The translations under genes and the position numbers were made by a program. A stretch of 64,000 nucleotides of DNA from Candidatus Latescibacterota bacterium (lineage in GTDB: Bacteria; Latescibacterota; UBA2968; UBA8231), in NCBI GenBank assembly GCA_965243025.1, contig CBDETY010000003.1, positions 4,384,001-4,448,000 of the forward strand, given 5' to 3'. Numbering within the stretch: the stretch's first letter is position 1; each line of letters begins with the position of its first letter. Shown here in pieces: positions 26,809-36,279 of the stretch. The notes below the pieces were generated by a model. That model was not told the DNA's origin. It searched no databases and worked only from the letters and a program-made list of their open reading frames with translations.

Positions 26809-28299
26809 ATGCCCCGGAAACAGCCCAACATCATTTACATCCTCGCCGACGACATGGGGTACGGCGACATGGGGTGCAACAACCCGGAGTCGAAGATCCC
26901 CACGCCCCACCTCGACCGCCTCGCCGCCCAGGGGATGCGCTTCACCGATGCCCACGCCTCCTCCAGCGTCTGCTCTCCCAGCCGCTACGCCCTGCTCACC
27001 GGGCGCTACTGCTGGCGCACGCCGCTGAAAAGCAGCGTCCTGTGGCCCTGGGATCCGCCCCTGATCGAACCGGACCGCCTGACCGTCGCCAGGCTGCTGC
27101 AACAGCAGGGCTACCGCACCGCCTGCATCGGCAAGTGGCACCTCGGCTGGGAATGGGCGACGAAGGAGGGCCAACCGGCTTGCGGAGACGTGCCCATCGG
27201 GCAGCACGACGGGGAACAGCGACTGGCCCTCGAGCGCAACATCGACTACAGCAAGCCGATCGGGGGCGGCCCTCTCGCCTGCGGCTTCGACCATTACTTC
27301 GGCGTCGACGTGCCCAACTTCCCCCCCTACACCTGGTTCGAGCAGGACCGGCTGGCCGCGGCGCCGACCGAACAGAAGCCGGACGAGATGTTCGGCCTGC
27401 CCGGAGCCATGAAGCCGGGCTGGAAGCTGGAGGAGATGGTCCCCGAGTTCGTCCGCCGCGCCCGCGACTGGATCGCCGAGGCAGGCTCCGACCCCTTCTT
27501 CCTCTACCTGCCGCTGACCTCTCCGCACACGCCCATCGTCCCCAACGAGCCCTTCATCGGCCGCAGCGGGACCGGCCTGTACGGCGACTTCGTATGCGAA
27601 GTCGACTGGGTGGTCGGGGAAGTCATGGCCGCCCTCGACGAGCAGGGGCTGGCCGACGACACGCTGCTCGTCTTCACCAGCGACAACGGCCCCGAGTGCA
27701 TCCAGGCGGCGGCCGGCGGCTGCTACGAGCACGCGCGCCTGTTCGGCCATTACAGCATGGCCCAACTGCGCGGCGCCAAGCGGGACACCTGGGAGGGCGG
27801 ACACCGGGTGCCGTTCGTCGCCCGCTGGCCCGGGGTCGCGCCGGCAGGGTCGGTCTGCGGCCAGCTCACCCTGCTCGGGGATTTCCTTGCTACCTGCGCC
27901 GGGCTGACCGGGGTCCGGCTGCCCCCGGGAGAGGCGGAGGACAGCATCAGCATGCTGCCGCTGCTGCAGGGCCGGACCGACGCGCCGGTGCGCCGCTCCG
28001 CGGTGCATCACAGCTGCTCGGGGGGCTTCGCCCTGCGCGAGGACGACTGGGTGTTCATCGACGCTCCCTCCGGCGACGACAACGGCGAGCCGGACTGGTT
28101 CAAGGAGGAGCGGGGGTACCGCGACCACGATTTCCCCGGGGAGCTGTTCAACCTCGGGGAGGACATCTCCGAGCGGCGGAACCAGTACGGGCGGCACCCC
28201 GGGATCGTGCGCCGGCTGTCCGCCCGCCTCGAGGCCATCAAGGCCGAGGGGGAGGCTGCCGCCGGCCCGCAGGCGGGAGCGCTGGATGAGTCGGAGTAG
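26809..28299 (+). CDS. Arylsulfatase (Cys-type sulfatase)
   Basis: PNIIYILADDMGYGD, CSPSRYALLTG, GKWHLG, FTSDNG. Confidence 0.92.
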   Translation: MPRKQPNIIYILADDMGYGDMGCNNPESKIPTPHLDRLAAQGMRFTDAHASSSVCSPSRYALLTGRYCWRTPLKSSVLWPWDPPLIEPDRLTVARLLQQQGYRTACIGKWHLGWEWATKEGQPACGDVPIGQHDGEQRLALERNIDYSKPIGGGPLACGFDHYFGVDVPNFPPYTWFEQDRLAAAPTEQKPDEMFGLPGAMKPGWKLEEMVPEFVRRARDWIAEAGSDPFFLYLPLTSPHTPIVPNEPFIGRSGTGLYGDFVCEVDWVVGEVMAALDEQGLADDTLLVFTSDNGPECIQAAAGGCYEHARLFGHYSMAQLRGAKRDTWEGGHRVPFVARWPGVAPAGSVCGQLTLLGDFLATCAGLTGVRLPPGEAEDSISMLPLLQGRTDAPVRRSAVHHSCSGGFALREDDWVFIDAPSGDDNGEPDWFKEERGYRDHDFPGELFNLGEDISERRNQYGRHPGIVRRLSARLEAIKAEGEAAAGPQAGALDESE

Positions 28300-28617
28300 G
28301 TCGGGTAAAGCAGCGCGGGCCCAGTCAGGCAGGTTCGGTGAGGCAACCGCTGGCGTTTGATCCGGGCCTGGCAGCCGGGCCCAGGGTTCCGCTGACTGCT
28401 CCAATCGGCCAGGCTCGGAAGCTGCTGCCCTGGCTCCGCTGACAACTCGGACCGGCCAAGCTCCGATACGGCTTCCGGGGGTTCGCCGGCCTTCCGTTCA
28501 CCAAGGCCAATTCTCGGTCAGCGCTTGCCTCCGGACCCTGCGGCGGACCATCTCGGAGATCTCTTCGATGGAGCTGTCCGGTCTGAGCGGCGGAAGCCGG
28601 ACCTCGGACTCCGGGGA

Positions 28618-30399
28618 CTACTCCTCCGGATCGGTAGCCATCGCCTCTCGCCGGACCCTGGCATTGCGGGCCCGCCCGGCAAGCTCATCCAGGTCCCATC
28701 CTGCGAGCGCGATGTCGGCTTTCAGCTCCTCCGACCACTCCTCCGGCGGGGTGGCCGTTACCCGCTCCACCACTCCCCGATGGAAGTCGCTCAACATGGC
28801 GTTGCCGGATGTGCGCTTGCGAACCGCTTCCATTTTTCGGCGCCCTTCCTCGGCAGTCAGTCCGCCGTTTTCAACTGCCGCCCGGATGCGGCGCACGGTT
28901 GCTTCGAGATTTGGACCACTGCCCTCCCGGCGCTTGCGGACCGCCGCGGCGATCTCTTCGATGGTGCTTTCCGGATCGAGCGCGAGAAGCCTGGCCTTCA
29001 GCTCTGCGGACCATTCGTCCGGGTCGGCAGCCATCGCCACCCGCCACAGCCTGCGCTTGCGGACGCCCTCGGCGATCTCTTCGATGGTGCTGTCCGGATT
29101 CAGCGCGAGGAGCCGGGACTTCAGCTCCGCGGACCACTCGTCCGGATCCGCAGCCAGCGCATCCCGCCAAAGCCTGCGCTTGCGGACCGCCTCGGCGATC
29201 TCCTCGATGCTGCTGTCCGGCTTGAGCGCGAGGAGCCGGGCCTTCAGCTCCGCGGACCATTCGTCCGGATCCGCAGCCAGCGCTTCTCTCCAGGCTCCGT
29301 CCTTCTGACCCGATTCCGTTGCGGCTTCGGCCATCGCCGGGTCGTCCCCCTGGCTGGCGTCCTCACTGCCGTGGGAGGGAAGCGTCACGGCCATCAGGGG
29401 GCCGAGCAGGACCACCGCCAGCACGCGGCCTCGCGTTCCCATCCGGCGGGCACCGCCGCCGAGCGACCTGCGGATCCTCAGGGCCAGATCCGATTCTGTT
29501 GCTGAAAAAGCGTTCACGAGGGGGATTCTCCTTGTCAGGGGGTTAGAGTTGGCTGTCAGCAGGGCGGCGCGGGCAAGACCCCGCGCATAGGTTTCGGAGC
29601 GGCCGGTGGCGCATACGACGAGATCGTCGCACGCCTGTTCCGCTTCCCGCCGCAACATGCAGCCGCAAAGCCATACCGCAGGGTGGAAGAAAAACAGGGC
29701 GGCGATCAGCCGGTGCAGCAGCAGCACGAGGTTGTCCCAGCGGCGCACGTGCCCCAGCTCGTGCATGAGGACCAGTGAGAGTTCATCCGGCCGAAGCTTG
29801 TCCGCGAAGTCGGCGGGGAAAACAATGACCGGTCTCCGGATGCCCACCACCATCGGCAAGCCGACGGAATGTGACGTCGCCACCTCGACTCCGGGGTGGC
29901 AGTCGAACGCCTGACGCGCCTGACGCATGGCATCGAAGAGCGGACCGCCGCGCTGCACCTGCGCCTGCCGCCGCAAGCGCCAGAGGATTCCGCAGCCGAT
30001 CACTATCCGCCCGATGAGCAGCGCCGCCCCTGCAATCCACAGTAACGCCCCCCAGCCGGCTGCAGTTAGTCCCACGCTGCTTGCGGCAACTATCGGAAAA
30101 GCAGCTGCATGCGCCGTTGGTTGCTCGACAGGCAGAATTGCGAGGGCATCCCGGCCGTACTCAGCCAGCGGCACCAACGGGGTGAATGGCGTGAAAAGCG
30201 TATAGGGGGAGCTGACAACGAGGGCGACAACCGGCTTCAACAGCACGACGACCCACAACAGGTGGCGCAGGGCCGGCGACTTGATCCGCAGCAGGCGGTT
30301 GACTGCCAGAACCACCAGGGCCAACACCCCCAGCTCGACACTCAGCTGCCCGAACCACCCGAACAGGTCGCTGCCCAGTCCGTTCAAAGCTGCATTCAC
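28618..30399 (-). CDS. BlaR1/MecR1-like M56 metallopeptidase membrane protein with C-terminal 41-aa repeats
   Basis: GTG start overlaps the blaI stop (GTGA); RHLLW, HELGHVRRWD, FFFHPAVW, EQACDD; TM segment followed by repeats. Confidence 0.85.
   Translation of the reverse strand: MNAALNGLGSDLFGWFGQLSVELGVLALVVLAVNRLLRIKSPALRHLLWVVVLLKPVVALVVSSPYTLFTPFTPLVPLAEYGRDALAILPVEQPTAHAAAFPIVAASSVGLTAAGWGALLWIAGAALLIGRIVIGCGILWRLRRQAQVQRGGPLFDAMRQARQAFDCHPGVEVATSHSVGLPMVVGIRRPVIVFPADFADKLRPDELSLVLMHELGHVRRWDNLVLLLHRLIAALFFFHPAVWLCGCMLRREAEQACDDLVVCATGRSETYARGLARAALLTANSNPLTRRIPLVNAFSATESDLALRIRRSLGGGARRMGTRGRVLAVVLLGPLMAVTLPSHGSEDASQGDDPAMAEAATESGQKDGAWREALAADPDEWSAELKARLLALKPDSSIEEIAEAVRKRRLWRDALAADPDEWSAELKSRLLALNPDSTIEEIAEGVRKRRLWRVAMAADPDEWSAELKARLLALDPESTIEEIAAAVRKRREGSGPNLEATVRRIRAAVENGGLTAEEGRRKMEAVRKRTSGNAMLSDFHRGVVERVTATPPEEWSEELKADIALAGWDLDELAGRARNARVRREAMATDPEE
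28927..29292 (-). repeat. Three tandem 123-bp (41-aa) coding repeats
   Basis: WRxALAADPDEWSAELKxRLLALxPxSxIEEIAxxVRKRR; GATCTCYTCGATG at 28951, 29074, 29197. Confidence 0.92.
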
Positions 30400-30803
30400 T
30401 TCCGGCCTCCCTTCCTGCGCTCGAGGGCCCGGTCCAGCTCCTGCCGGATCGCGGCCAACTCCTCGTCGCTGAGCGACTGCCCGTCCAGCAGCTGACTGAC
30501 CAGGGCCTCGGCCGAGCCGGAAAAGAACGAGTCGATCACCTCGCCAAGGGAGCGCCGCCCCATGTCCTCCCGCGTTACCACCGGGCGGTAGAGATCGGAC
30601 CGGCCTTCCCGCTCCGAGGCCAGGAAGCCCTTGTCGCGCAGGATGCGCATGACGGTCAGCACCGTGTTGTAGGCCATCGGCTTGACGGTATTCAGCCGCT
30701 CCTGCACCTGCCTGACCGCCGCGGGGGACTCGTCCCACAGGACGTTCATGATCATGGTTTCGAGCGGGGTCAGCTTCCTGCCGGGTTTTTCTCCGGTCGC
30801 CAT
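30396..30803 (-). CDS. blaI: BlaI/MecI/CopY family transcriptional repressor
   Basis: LTPLETMIMNVLW, AYNTVLTVMRILRDKGFL, FFSGSAEALVSQLL. Confidence 0.92.
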   Translation of the reverse strand: MATGEKPGRKLTPLETMIMNVLWDESPAAVRQVQERLNTVKPMAYNTVLTVMRILRDKGFLASEREGRSDLYRPVVTREDMGRRSLGEVIDSFFSGSAEALVSQLLDGQSLSDEELAAIRQELDRALERRKGGRK

Positions 30804-30816
30804 TTGGCAGCCCTTT

Positions 30817-30880
30817 CAACTAAGAATTTAGTTGCAAAATACCTCGCGATGTCCGACTTGTCAACTAATTTTTTAGTTGA
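30817..30880 (-). promoter_or_regulatory. Sigma70-type promoter flanked by two palindromic operators
   Basis: CAACTAA-N4-TTAGTTG at 30817-30834 and 30862-30879; minus strand TTGACA (30864-30859), 17 bp, TATTTT (30841-30836). Confidence 0.8.
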
Positions 30881-31210
30881 TTCTGAAAAACGGATTGAAA
30901 TGGTCGGAAAATGCGGCCGGCTGTGGTTCTTCTCTTGGAAGGAATGGTAGGTCAGAGGGCCCACAGCGGGAGCCCAGGCACTTCGCGGAACTGGCTGTGG
31001 GTAAGTGATCAGGACCGAGTCAGTCTGAATGGCCTCAGCCGACAGCCAGCGTCATTTCCTGACAGTCATTAGGGTCCACCTTGCGACGGGTCAAGGCGTG
31101 GTATGCAGTCCGTTTCTCGGCGCCCCAAAACCCCGAATGGTCCAGAAATCTGCCCGGTGATTCGCCGGCTGCCGATCCAAGGTCACCTTCAGGGTTTCGC
31201 TTTTCCCTGG

Positions 31211-32890
31211 TTATCGGACACGTCTCGCACCCTGTCTCAGCACATAGTCCGCGATCTTCAAGCCCGTTTTATTGGGTCCGGCCCAAATAAGGTAGTATAG
31301 TGGTCGGCCCCGGGTGTTATGAATCTCCCGTGCTGTAGAAACGTAGCCGAAAACATCTTCGAGTCGTTCGCCATACCACTTCACAAGGACGTCGCCAGCG
31401 TTCTGTATTTTGGTGATGTTGTCTTCACCGAACATATCTGTACGGTGATCGTAAAGCAGGTTGTACCATTCTCCAGTTCCAAAGTATTGGTCGAGTTTGT
31501 CCCGTTCTTTAGACGTGAATTGTCCACTCCTCTTAAGCAGGCGCTGGATGGCCATGCCCACCGGGAAATTAATGAAAACCTCAATAGCCTTGGTCTTGCC
31601 AATTTCGACAATGGTTTCCCAAGGCACCTGCATGCCAAAAGGATCCAAGAAGATGACGCCACGCCAACGATTCCACTGTATCCTATTTTCCCCTAGCAAT
31701 TTGCGCAGATAGTCGTTACAGTCTCTGTCCCGAAGATAAATCTTCCGGTTAGGACTTTCGTATTTTTCCTTCAGCCTTTCAAGTTGATCTAAACGATTCC
31801 TATCCACTTCAATGAAAACGTAGTGTGAGAAAGGCCTTTCCAATTCCAGAGCGATACTCGGGGAGCCGCTGATGTACTCGGCTTCATCAACATCTTGCTC
31901 ACCACGGTCGGAGACCTCGAGCAGTAATTTCTGGGCGGAATCCTCCAGTTGTTGTCGACGGATCCTTAGCGTTCCTGGACCCGCAAAGGCGTCAATGTAG
32001 AAATATCCCTTGAATTTTTTCTTACTGAGAATGGTTGTGTACGCATGGAGGTATTTGCGGAGGCATTCCAGTTTCTCCTGCGCCCAGGGACCAACATCGG
32101 GAGGTTCGTTTTCATCGTCGGACGGAGCTCCGGCCACTTGTAACGGGGCACCAAGCTGCCGTCCTGTTTCCATTTCCGGGTATTCCAACCACTGCCGTCC
32201 ATCCAGAGTATTCCCACCCGCTTTCGGTGTACGCCCGCCCCATTGCTTGAAAAAGAAAGCGACGCCCTGCTTCCGGCACTGGTTGCGTAATGCGCGAACC
32301 CACTTTGCCTGCATCGGACGCGCTCCGGGTCCGCTCTCCCCTCCCGCGATTACCCAGTGAACGCCCTCCAGGTCGACCTCTCCCGGATGACCGAGCAACG
32401 GCTCGAAGGAAACGAAACGCACCGAGGCGTTGGTCTGTTTCAGGTGCCGGAGGCGCGTCAGCGCGGCGTCGTTCTCGATGGAAACTCCGAGCCAGATATG
32501 CGGTGGCGCCTTCCCCTCCCCATAACGCCCCTGGACGAAACGGCGCATCAGCGAGCTGCGCTTGGTCAGAACCTGGTATATGTGCCAATCCGCGCGCTCC
32601 ATCGTATCGAATACGCGGTTGATGTAATCGGTGGGGATGTTCTTGTGGAAGAGGTCGCTCATCGAGTTGACGAAGATGAGCTGGGGGCGCCGCCAGTGCG
32701 CGGGTTGTTCGAGGCGCTCGGGACGCAGCTTCAGGTCGAAACCGGACTCGAAGGGGTGCCCTTTGACGCCCCGGAAACGCTCGGAGAATCTCTCGGCATA
32801 GCAATGGTCGCAGCCGGCGCTGACCTTCGTGCAGCCGGTGACCGGGTTCCAGGTGCTGTTGGTCCACTCGATGGTGCTTTTGCGAGCCAT
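31211..32890 (-). CDS. Fusion of DUF5131 (phage Gp37/Gp68, radical-SAM-like) and three-Cys-motif partner TcmP-like methyltransferase
   Basis: IEWTNSTWNPVTGCTKVSAGCDHCYAE, NSMSDLFH, GGESGPGARPM, FFFKQWGG, linker, then VGPWAQEKLECLRKYL, YIDAFAGPG, FIEVD, FLDPFG, no intervening stop. Confidence 0.85.
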   Translation of the reverse strand: MARKSTIEWTNSTWNPVTGCTKVSAGCDHCYAERFSERFRGVKGHPFESGFDLKLRPERLEQPAHWRRPQLIFVNSMSDLFHKNIPTDYINRVFDTMERADWHIYQVLTKRSSLMRRFVQGRYGEGKAPPHIWLGVSIENDAALTRLRHLKQTNASVRFVSFEPLLGHPGEVDLEGVHWVIAGGESGPGARPMQAKWVRALRNQCRKQGVAFFFKQWGGRTPKAGGNTLDGRQWLEYPEMETGRQLGAPLQVAGAPSDDENEPPDVGPWAQEKLECLRKYLHAYTTILSKKKFKGYFYIDAFAGPGTLRIRRQQLEDSAQKLLLEVSDRGEQDVDEAEYISGSPSIALELERPFSHYVFIEVDRNRLDQLERLKEKYESPNRKIYLRDRDCNDYLRKLLGENRIQWNRWRGVIFLDPFGMQVPWETIVEIGKTKAIEVFINFPVGMAIQRLLKRSGQFTSKERDKLDQYFGTGEWYNLLYDHRTDMFGEDNITKIQNAGDVLVKWYGERLEDVFGYVSTAREIHNTRGRPLYYLIWAGPNKTGLKIADYVLRQGARRVR

Positions 32891-32925
32891 CAGAGCATCA
32901 CCTCATACCATCGTTCATTATGCCT

Positions 32926-32959
32926 GAACAAATGTATAGTATTCCGTTTCGGATGTCAA
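32926..32959 (-). promoter_or_regulatory. Sigma70-type promoter of the DUF5131 fusion gene
   Basis: TTGACA (32959-32954), 17 bp, TACATT (32936-32931); GAGGTG RBS. Confidence 0.6.
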
Positions 32960-33062
32960 TCTACACGCCCTACACGTCTGCGGGCGCGGTGATAACGTGC
33001 GACCTCCGCGAAAGCCCTCCACAAGGATATCGCATTTCGGTTGAACCGGTCCGAACCCTACC

Positions 33063-34403
33063 TCAGGCAGCATACGCCACGACGATGTCGTAGATAACCC
33101 GGGTCGCGAACAGCAGGTTCTCCACCGTGGTGCGCTCGTCGTGCCCGTGGATCAGCTGCATCTCCTCGAGCCCAGGCTGCTGGCGGTAGGGCATGAAGCC
33201 GTACACCTGCGTCCCGGGCCGCCGCGGGCAGATGTGCTTGGCGTCGGTCCCCCCGGTCGTCAGCGACGGCACCACCGGCACGCCGGGATCGTGGCGCGCC
33301 ATCACCTCCTCGATGACCCCGTAGAACTCCCCGGCCGCGTCCGCCTCCAGGGGCGGACTGTACTGGTCCACCTCGATCTCGAGCTCCTCTCCGATCTGCC
33401 CGCGCAGCTCGGCGAGGAACGACTCCTTCGTCTGCCCCGGCGCCAGCCGCCCGTCGATCGCCGCGGTCGCCTCGGAGGGAATCACGTTGATCTTGCTGCC
33501 GGCGCTGAGCATGGTCGCCGACGCGGTGTTGCGCAGCAGGGAGCGCAGCTCGGCCTTGAAGTCGTCGGCGAGCGGCAGGTCCGCCAGAGCCCCGTCGGAG
33601 CGGGCCGGATCGAGGACGGCGCGCAGACTGCCGGCCAGCTCCGGCGGCTGGCGTTCGGCGATCCCTTCGATATAGGCCCTCAGCGTCCTCGACGGATGCA
33701 GGGGCAGGCTTCCCCCCTCGAGCTTTCCTAAAGCCCCGCCCAGCTTGACGATGGCGTTGTCGTCGTGGGGACGGGACCCGTGCCCGGGGCGCCCCCGGGC
33801 GGTGGCGCGCAGGCGGCAGATCCCCTTCTGGCCGACGCAGCAGGTGTAGTACCGCCGCTCCCCGACGCGCAGGTCGTGGCCTCCGGCTTCGGTCAGCACC
33901 ACCGGGGCCTCGATCTGTTCGGGGTGATTGTCCAGCAGCCAGCCGGGGCCGTGGTTCCCCTTGCCGGCCTCCTCGTCCGCGGTCGCCCCGAACATCACCG
34001 GGCGCCTGAGCGCCGTCCCCTGCCGTTTCAGCAGCAGCATCACCATCAGCTCGACGGCCACCATGTTCTTCATGTCGAGGGCGCCCCGCCCCCAGACGCA
34101 GCCGTCGTGGAGGTCGCCGCCGAAAGGGTCGCGCGTCCACTTGTCGGGCTCGGCGGCGACCACGTCGGTGTGGCCGAGCAGAAGCAGCGGCGGTTCCGCG
34201 CCCCCGGTGTCGAGGCGGGTCGTGACGTTTCCCCGGCCCGGCGCCGACTCCGTGATCACCGGCTCGAACCCCTCCCGCCGCAGGACGCCGGCGATGTACC
34301 CGGCGGCCTCGGTCTCGTTTCCGGGCGGATTGGTGGTGTCGATGCGCAGCAGGTCCTGCAGGTAGCCGGTGACTTCCTCCTTCACTGAATCCCAGTCGAT
34401 CAT
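33063..34403 (-). CDS. M20/M25/M40 family metallopeptidase
   Basis: LLGHTDVV, GRGALDMK, ADEEAG, GHGS, GGTD, IHGHDER. Confidence 0.92.
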   Translation of the reverse strand: MIDWDSVKEEVTGYLQDLLRIDTTNPPGNETEAAGYIAGVLRREGFEPVITESAPGRGNVTTRLDTGGAEPPLLLLGHTDVVAAEPDKWTRDPFGGDLHDGCVWGRGALDMKNMVAVELMVMLLLKRQGTALRRPVMFGATADEEAGKGNHGPGWLLDNHPEQIEAPVVLTEAGGHDLRVGERRYYTCCVGQKGICRLRATARGRPGHGSRPHDDNAIVKLGGALGKLEGGSLPLHPSRTLRAYIEGIAERQPPELAGSLRAVLDPARSDGALADLPLADDFKAELRSLLRNTASATMLSAGSKINVIPSEATAAIDGRLAPGQTKESFLAELRGQIGEELEIEVDQYSPPLEADAAGEFYGVIEEVMARHDPGVPVVPSLTTGGTDAKHICPRRPGTQVYGFMPYRQQPGLEEMQLIHGHDERTTVENLLFATRVIYDIVVAYAA

Positions 34404-34910
34404 CCGAGGTTCCTTCTTGTTGGTATCCGCCAGCGGGGGATTCGCGCTTGCTCCAATTCATTTGGATTGCACGCTGATCCGAGAGCGGCTTCCGACGCCA
34501 TTCCCGATGTGTTGAAATCCGGGGGGTTCATGGGCTTCCGGCCGTCCATCATATGCCGGCCCCGGGCTTTTGTGGAAAACCCGGCCTCTGAGCCAGAGCA
34601 ACTGCCCCGGCCTGTTGCGGGTTCTCGAACGCAACCGCGGGACGGCTGCTCAGGGGAGAATTCGGGTTCGCTTCCGCGGCCTGGAGTGGACCCTTCCATA
34701 CGTCCGGCGGGCGGCGGGCCGGGGCAGTTTATGCTCTCGACAGCGCCGGGTGCAACCGTTACGTTCCGGGCCGATGCGATGATGCAGCTGATGATGCAGC
34801 TCCGGTGCGAAACAGCCCTTCCCCACCTGCGGCCTGGTGTCCTTTCCCGCAAATAGATTGCAATAATTCGGCCGTCGAGACACCCGGTTCGGCGGAAGAA
34901 TTGCGAGATA

Positions 34911-35747
34911 ATGACGCGACAGGACACCAAACCGCTGGCGCGCGCCGCAGCCGCCTGCCTCCTGCTGCTGGCCTCCTGCGCCTCCTCCGACTCGATCAAA
35001 GGCCAGGAGGGCGGCGAATCCCGCGGCGGCGCCCCGGCCGCGGGGATTCCCAGGTACACCTACGAAATCGTCAACACCTACCCCCACGACCCCGAGGCGT
35101 TCACCCAGGGGCTGTTCTACGACGGCGGCTTCCTATACGAGAGCACCGGCCTGCACGGGCGCTCCTCGCTGCGCAAGGTCGAGCTGACCACCGGGAAGGT
35201 CCTGCGGCGCCGCGACCTCGACCGGAAGTACTTCGGCGAGGGGATGGCCCTCGCGGGCAACCGCATCTTCCAGCTCACCTACCGCGAGCGGGTCGGCTTC
35301 CGCTACGACCGCGACAGCTTCGAGCTGCTCTCGACGTTCAGCTACGAAACCGAGGGGTGGGGGCTGACCCACGACGGGAAGCGCTTCATCGCCAGCGACG
35401 GCACCCCGGTGCTGCGTTTCCGCGACAGCGAAACCTTCGCCGAGACCGGCCGTCTCGAGGTGACCGGCGAAGGCCGCCGCGTCGGCGACCTCAACGAGCT
35501 CGAGTTCGTCGGCGGCGAGATCTACGCCAACATCTGGCGGACCGACCTGGTTGCCCGAATCGGCCCGGCATCCGGGGAGGTGACGGGCTGGATCGACCTC
35601 GAAGGGCTGCTTCCGGCCGGCGAGAAGGCCGCCGCCGATGTCCTCAACGGCATCGCCTGGGACGAGGCTGGCGGCCGCCTGTTCGTCACCGGCAAGCTGT
35701 GGCCATGGCTGTTCGAAATCCGACTGAAGGAGATTGCAGACCGATGA
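34911..35747 (+). CDS. Glutaminyl-peptide cyclotransferase (likely lipoprotein)
   Basis: LASC lipobox; YPHDPEAFTQGL, YFGEG, EGWGLT, LNELE, VLNGIA, VTGKLWP. Confidence 0.92.
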   Translation: MTRQDTKPLARAAAACLLLLASCASSDSIKGQEGGESRGGAPAAGIPRYTYEIVNTYPHDPEAFTQGLFYDGGFLYESTGLHGRSSLRKVELTTGKVLRRRDLDRKYFGEGMALAGNRIFQLTYRERVGFRYDRDSFELLSTFSYETEGWGLTHDGKRFIASDGTPVLRFRDSETFAETGRLEVTGEGRRVGDLNELEFVGGEIYANIWRTDLVARIGPASGEVTGWIDLEGLLPAGEKAAADVLNGIAWDEAGGRLFVTGKLWPWLFEIRLKEIADR

Positions 35748-36265
35748 GTGAAAACGAGAACCCGGTTGCGCTGCGGCTGGCGGTGCTGACCGTGTCCGAC
35801 ACCCGCGACGAAGCGCAGGACAAATCGGGGAAACTGCTGGTCGGCCGCCTCGAGGCCGCCGGCCATCGCCTCGCGGAGAAGCTGATTCTGCCGGACGACA
35901 TCTACGAGATCCGCGCCGCGGTTTCGCGGTGGATCTGCGACAGGGAGGTCGACGTCGTCATCACCACCGGCGGCACCGGGCTGACGGGCCGCGACGGCAC
36001 TCCGGAGGCGGTCGCCCCCCTGCTCGACAAGCAGATCGAGGGGTTCGGGGAGGTGTTCCGGGTGCTGTCGTACGAGGAGATCGGCCCGTCGACGATCCAG
36101 TCGCGGGCCATCGCCGGCGTCGCCAACGGCACCTACATCTTCTGCCTGCCCGGGTCGAGGGGGGCCTGCGCCACCGGCTGGGACCGCATCATCTCCGAGC
36201 AGCTCGACAGCCGCACCCACCCGTGCAACCTCGTCGAGCTGATGCCGCGGCTCCTCGAAAGCTGA
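35744..36265 (+). CDS. moaB: Molybdenum cofactor biosynthesis protein B
   Basis: AVLTVSDTR, DKSG, TTGGTGLTGRD, QSRAIAG, QLDSRTHPCN; ATGA overlap. Confidence 0.93.
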   Translation: MSENENPVALRLAVLTVSDTRDEAQDKSGKLLVGRLEAAGHRLAEKLILPDDIYEIRAAVSRWICDREVDVVITTGGTGLTGRDGTPEAVAPLLDKQIEGFGEVFRVLSYEEIGPSTIQSRAIAGVANGTYIFCLPGSRGACATGWDRIISEQLDSRTHPCNLVELMPRLLES

Positions 36266-36279
36266 GCGGGCGGGCCGGG

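Noticed and set aside
18984-28620. Amber recoding (pyrrolysine or alternative code) suggested by two in-frame TAGs
   Set aside because: TAG ends many intact genes at their expected C-termini, there are no pyl genes, and both cases fit simple nonsense mutations.
30400-30819. N-terminal extension of the 733-aa ORF as a BlaI-BlaR fusion
   Set aside because: The extension is an off-frame read of blaI; the true start is the GTG at 30399 overlapping the blaI stop.
34404-34910. Long intergenic region as ncRNA or small CDS
   Set aside because: Only a 12-bp duplication seen; no tRNA, tmRNA or RNase P features recognised.
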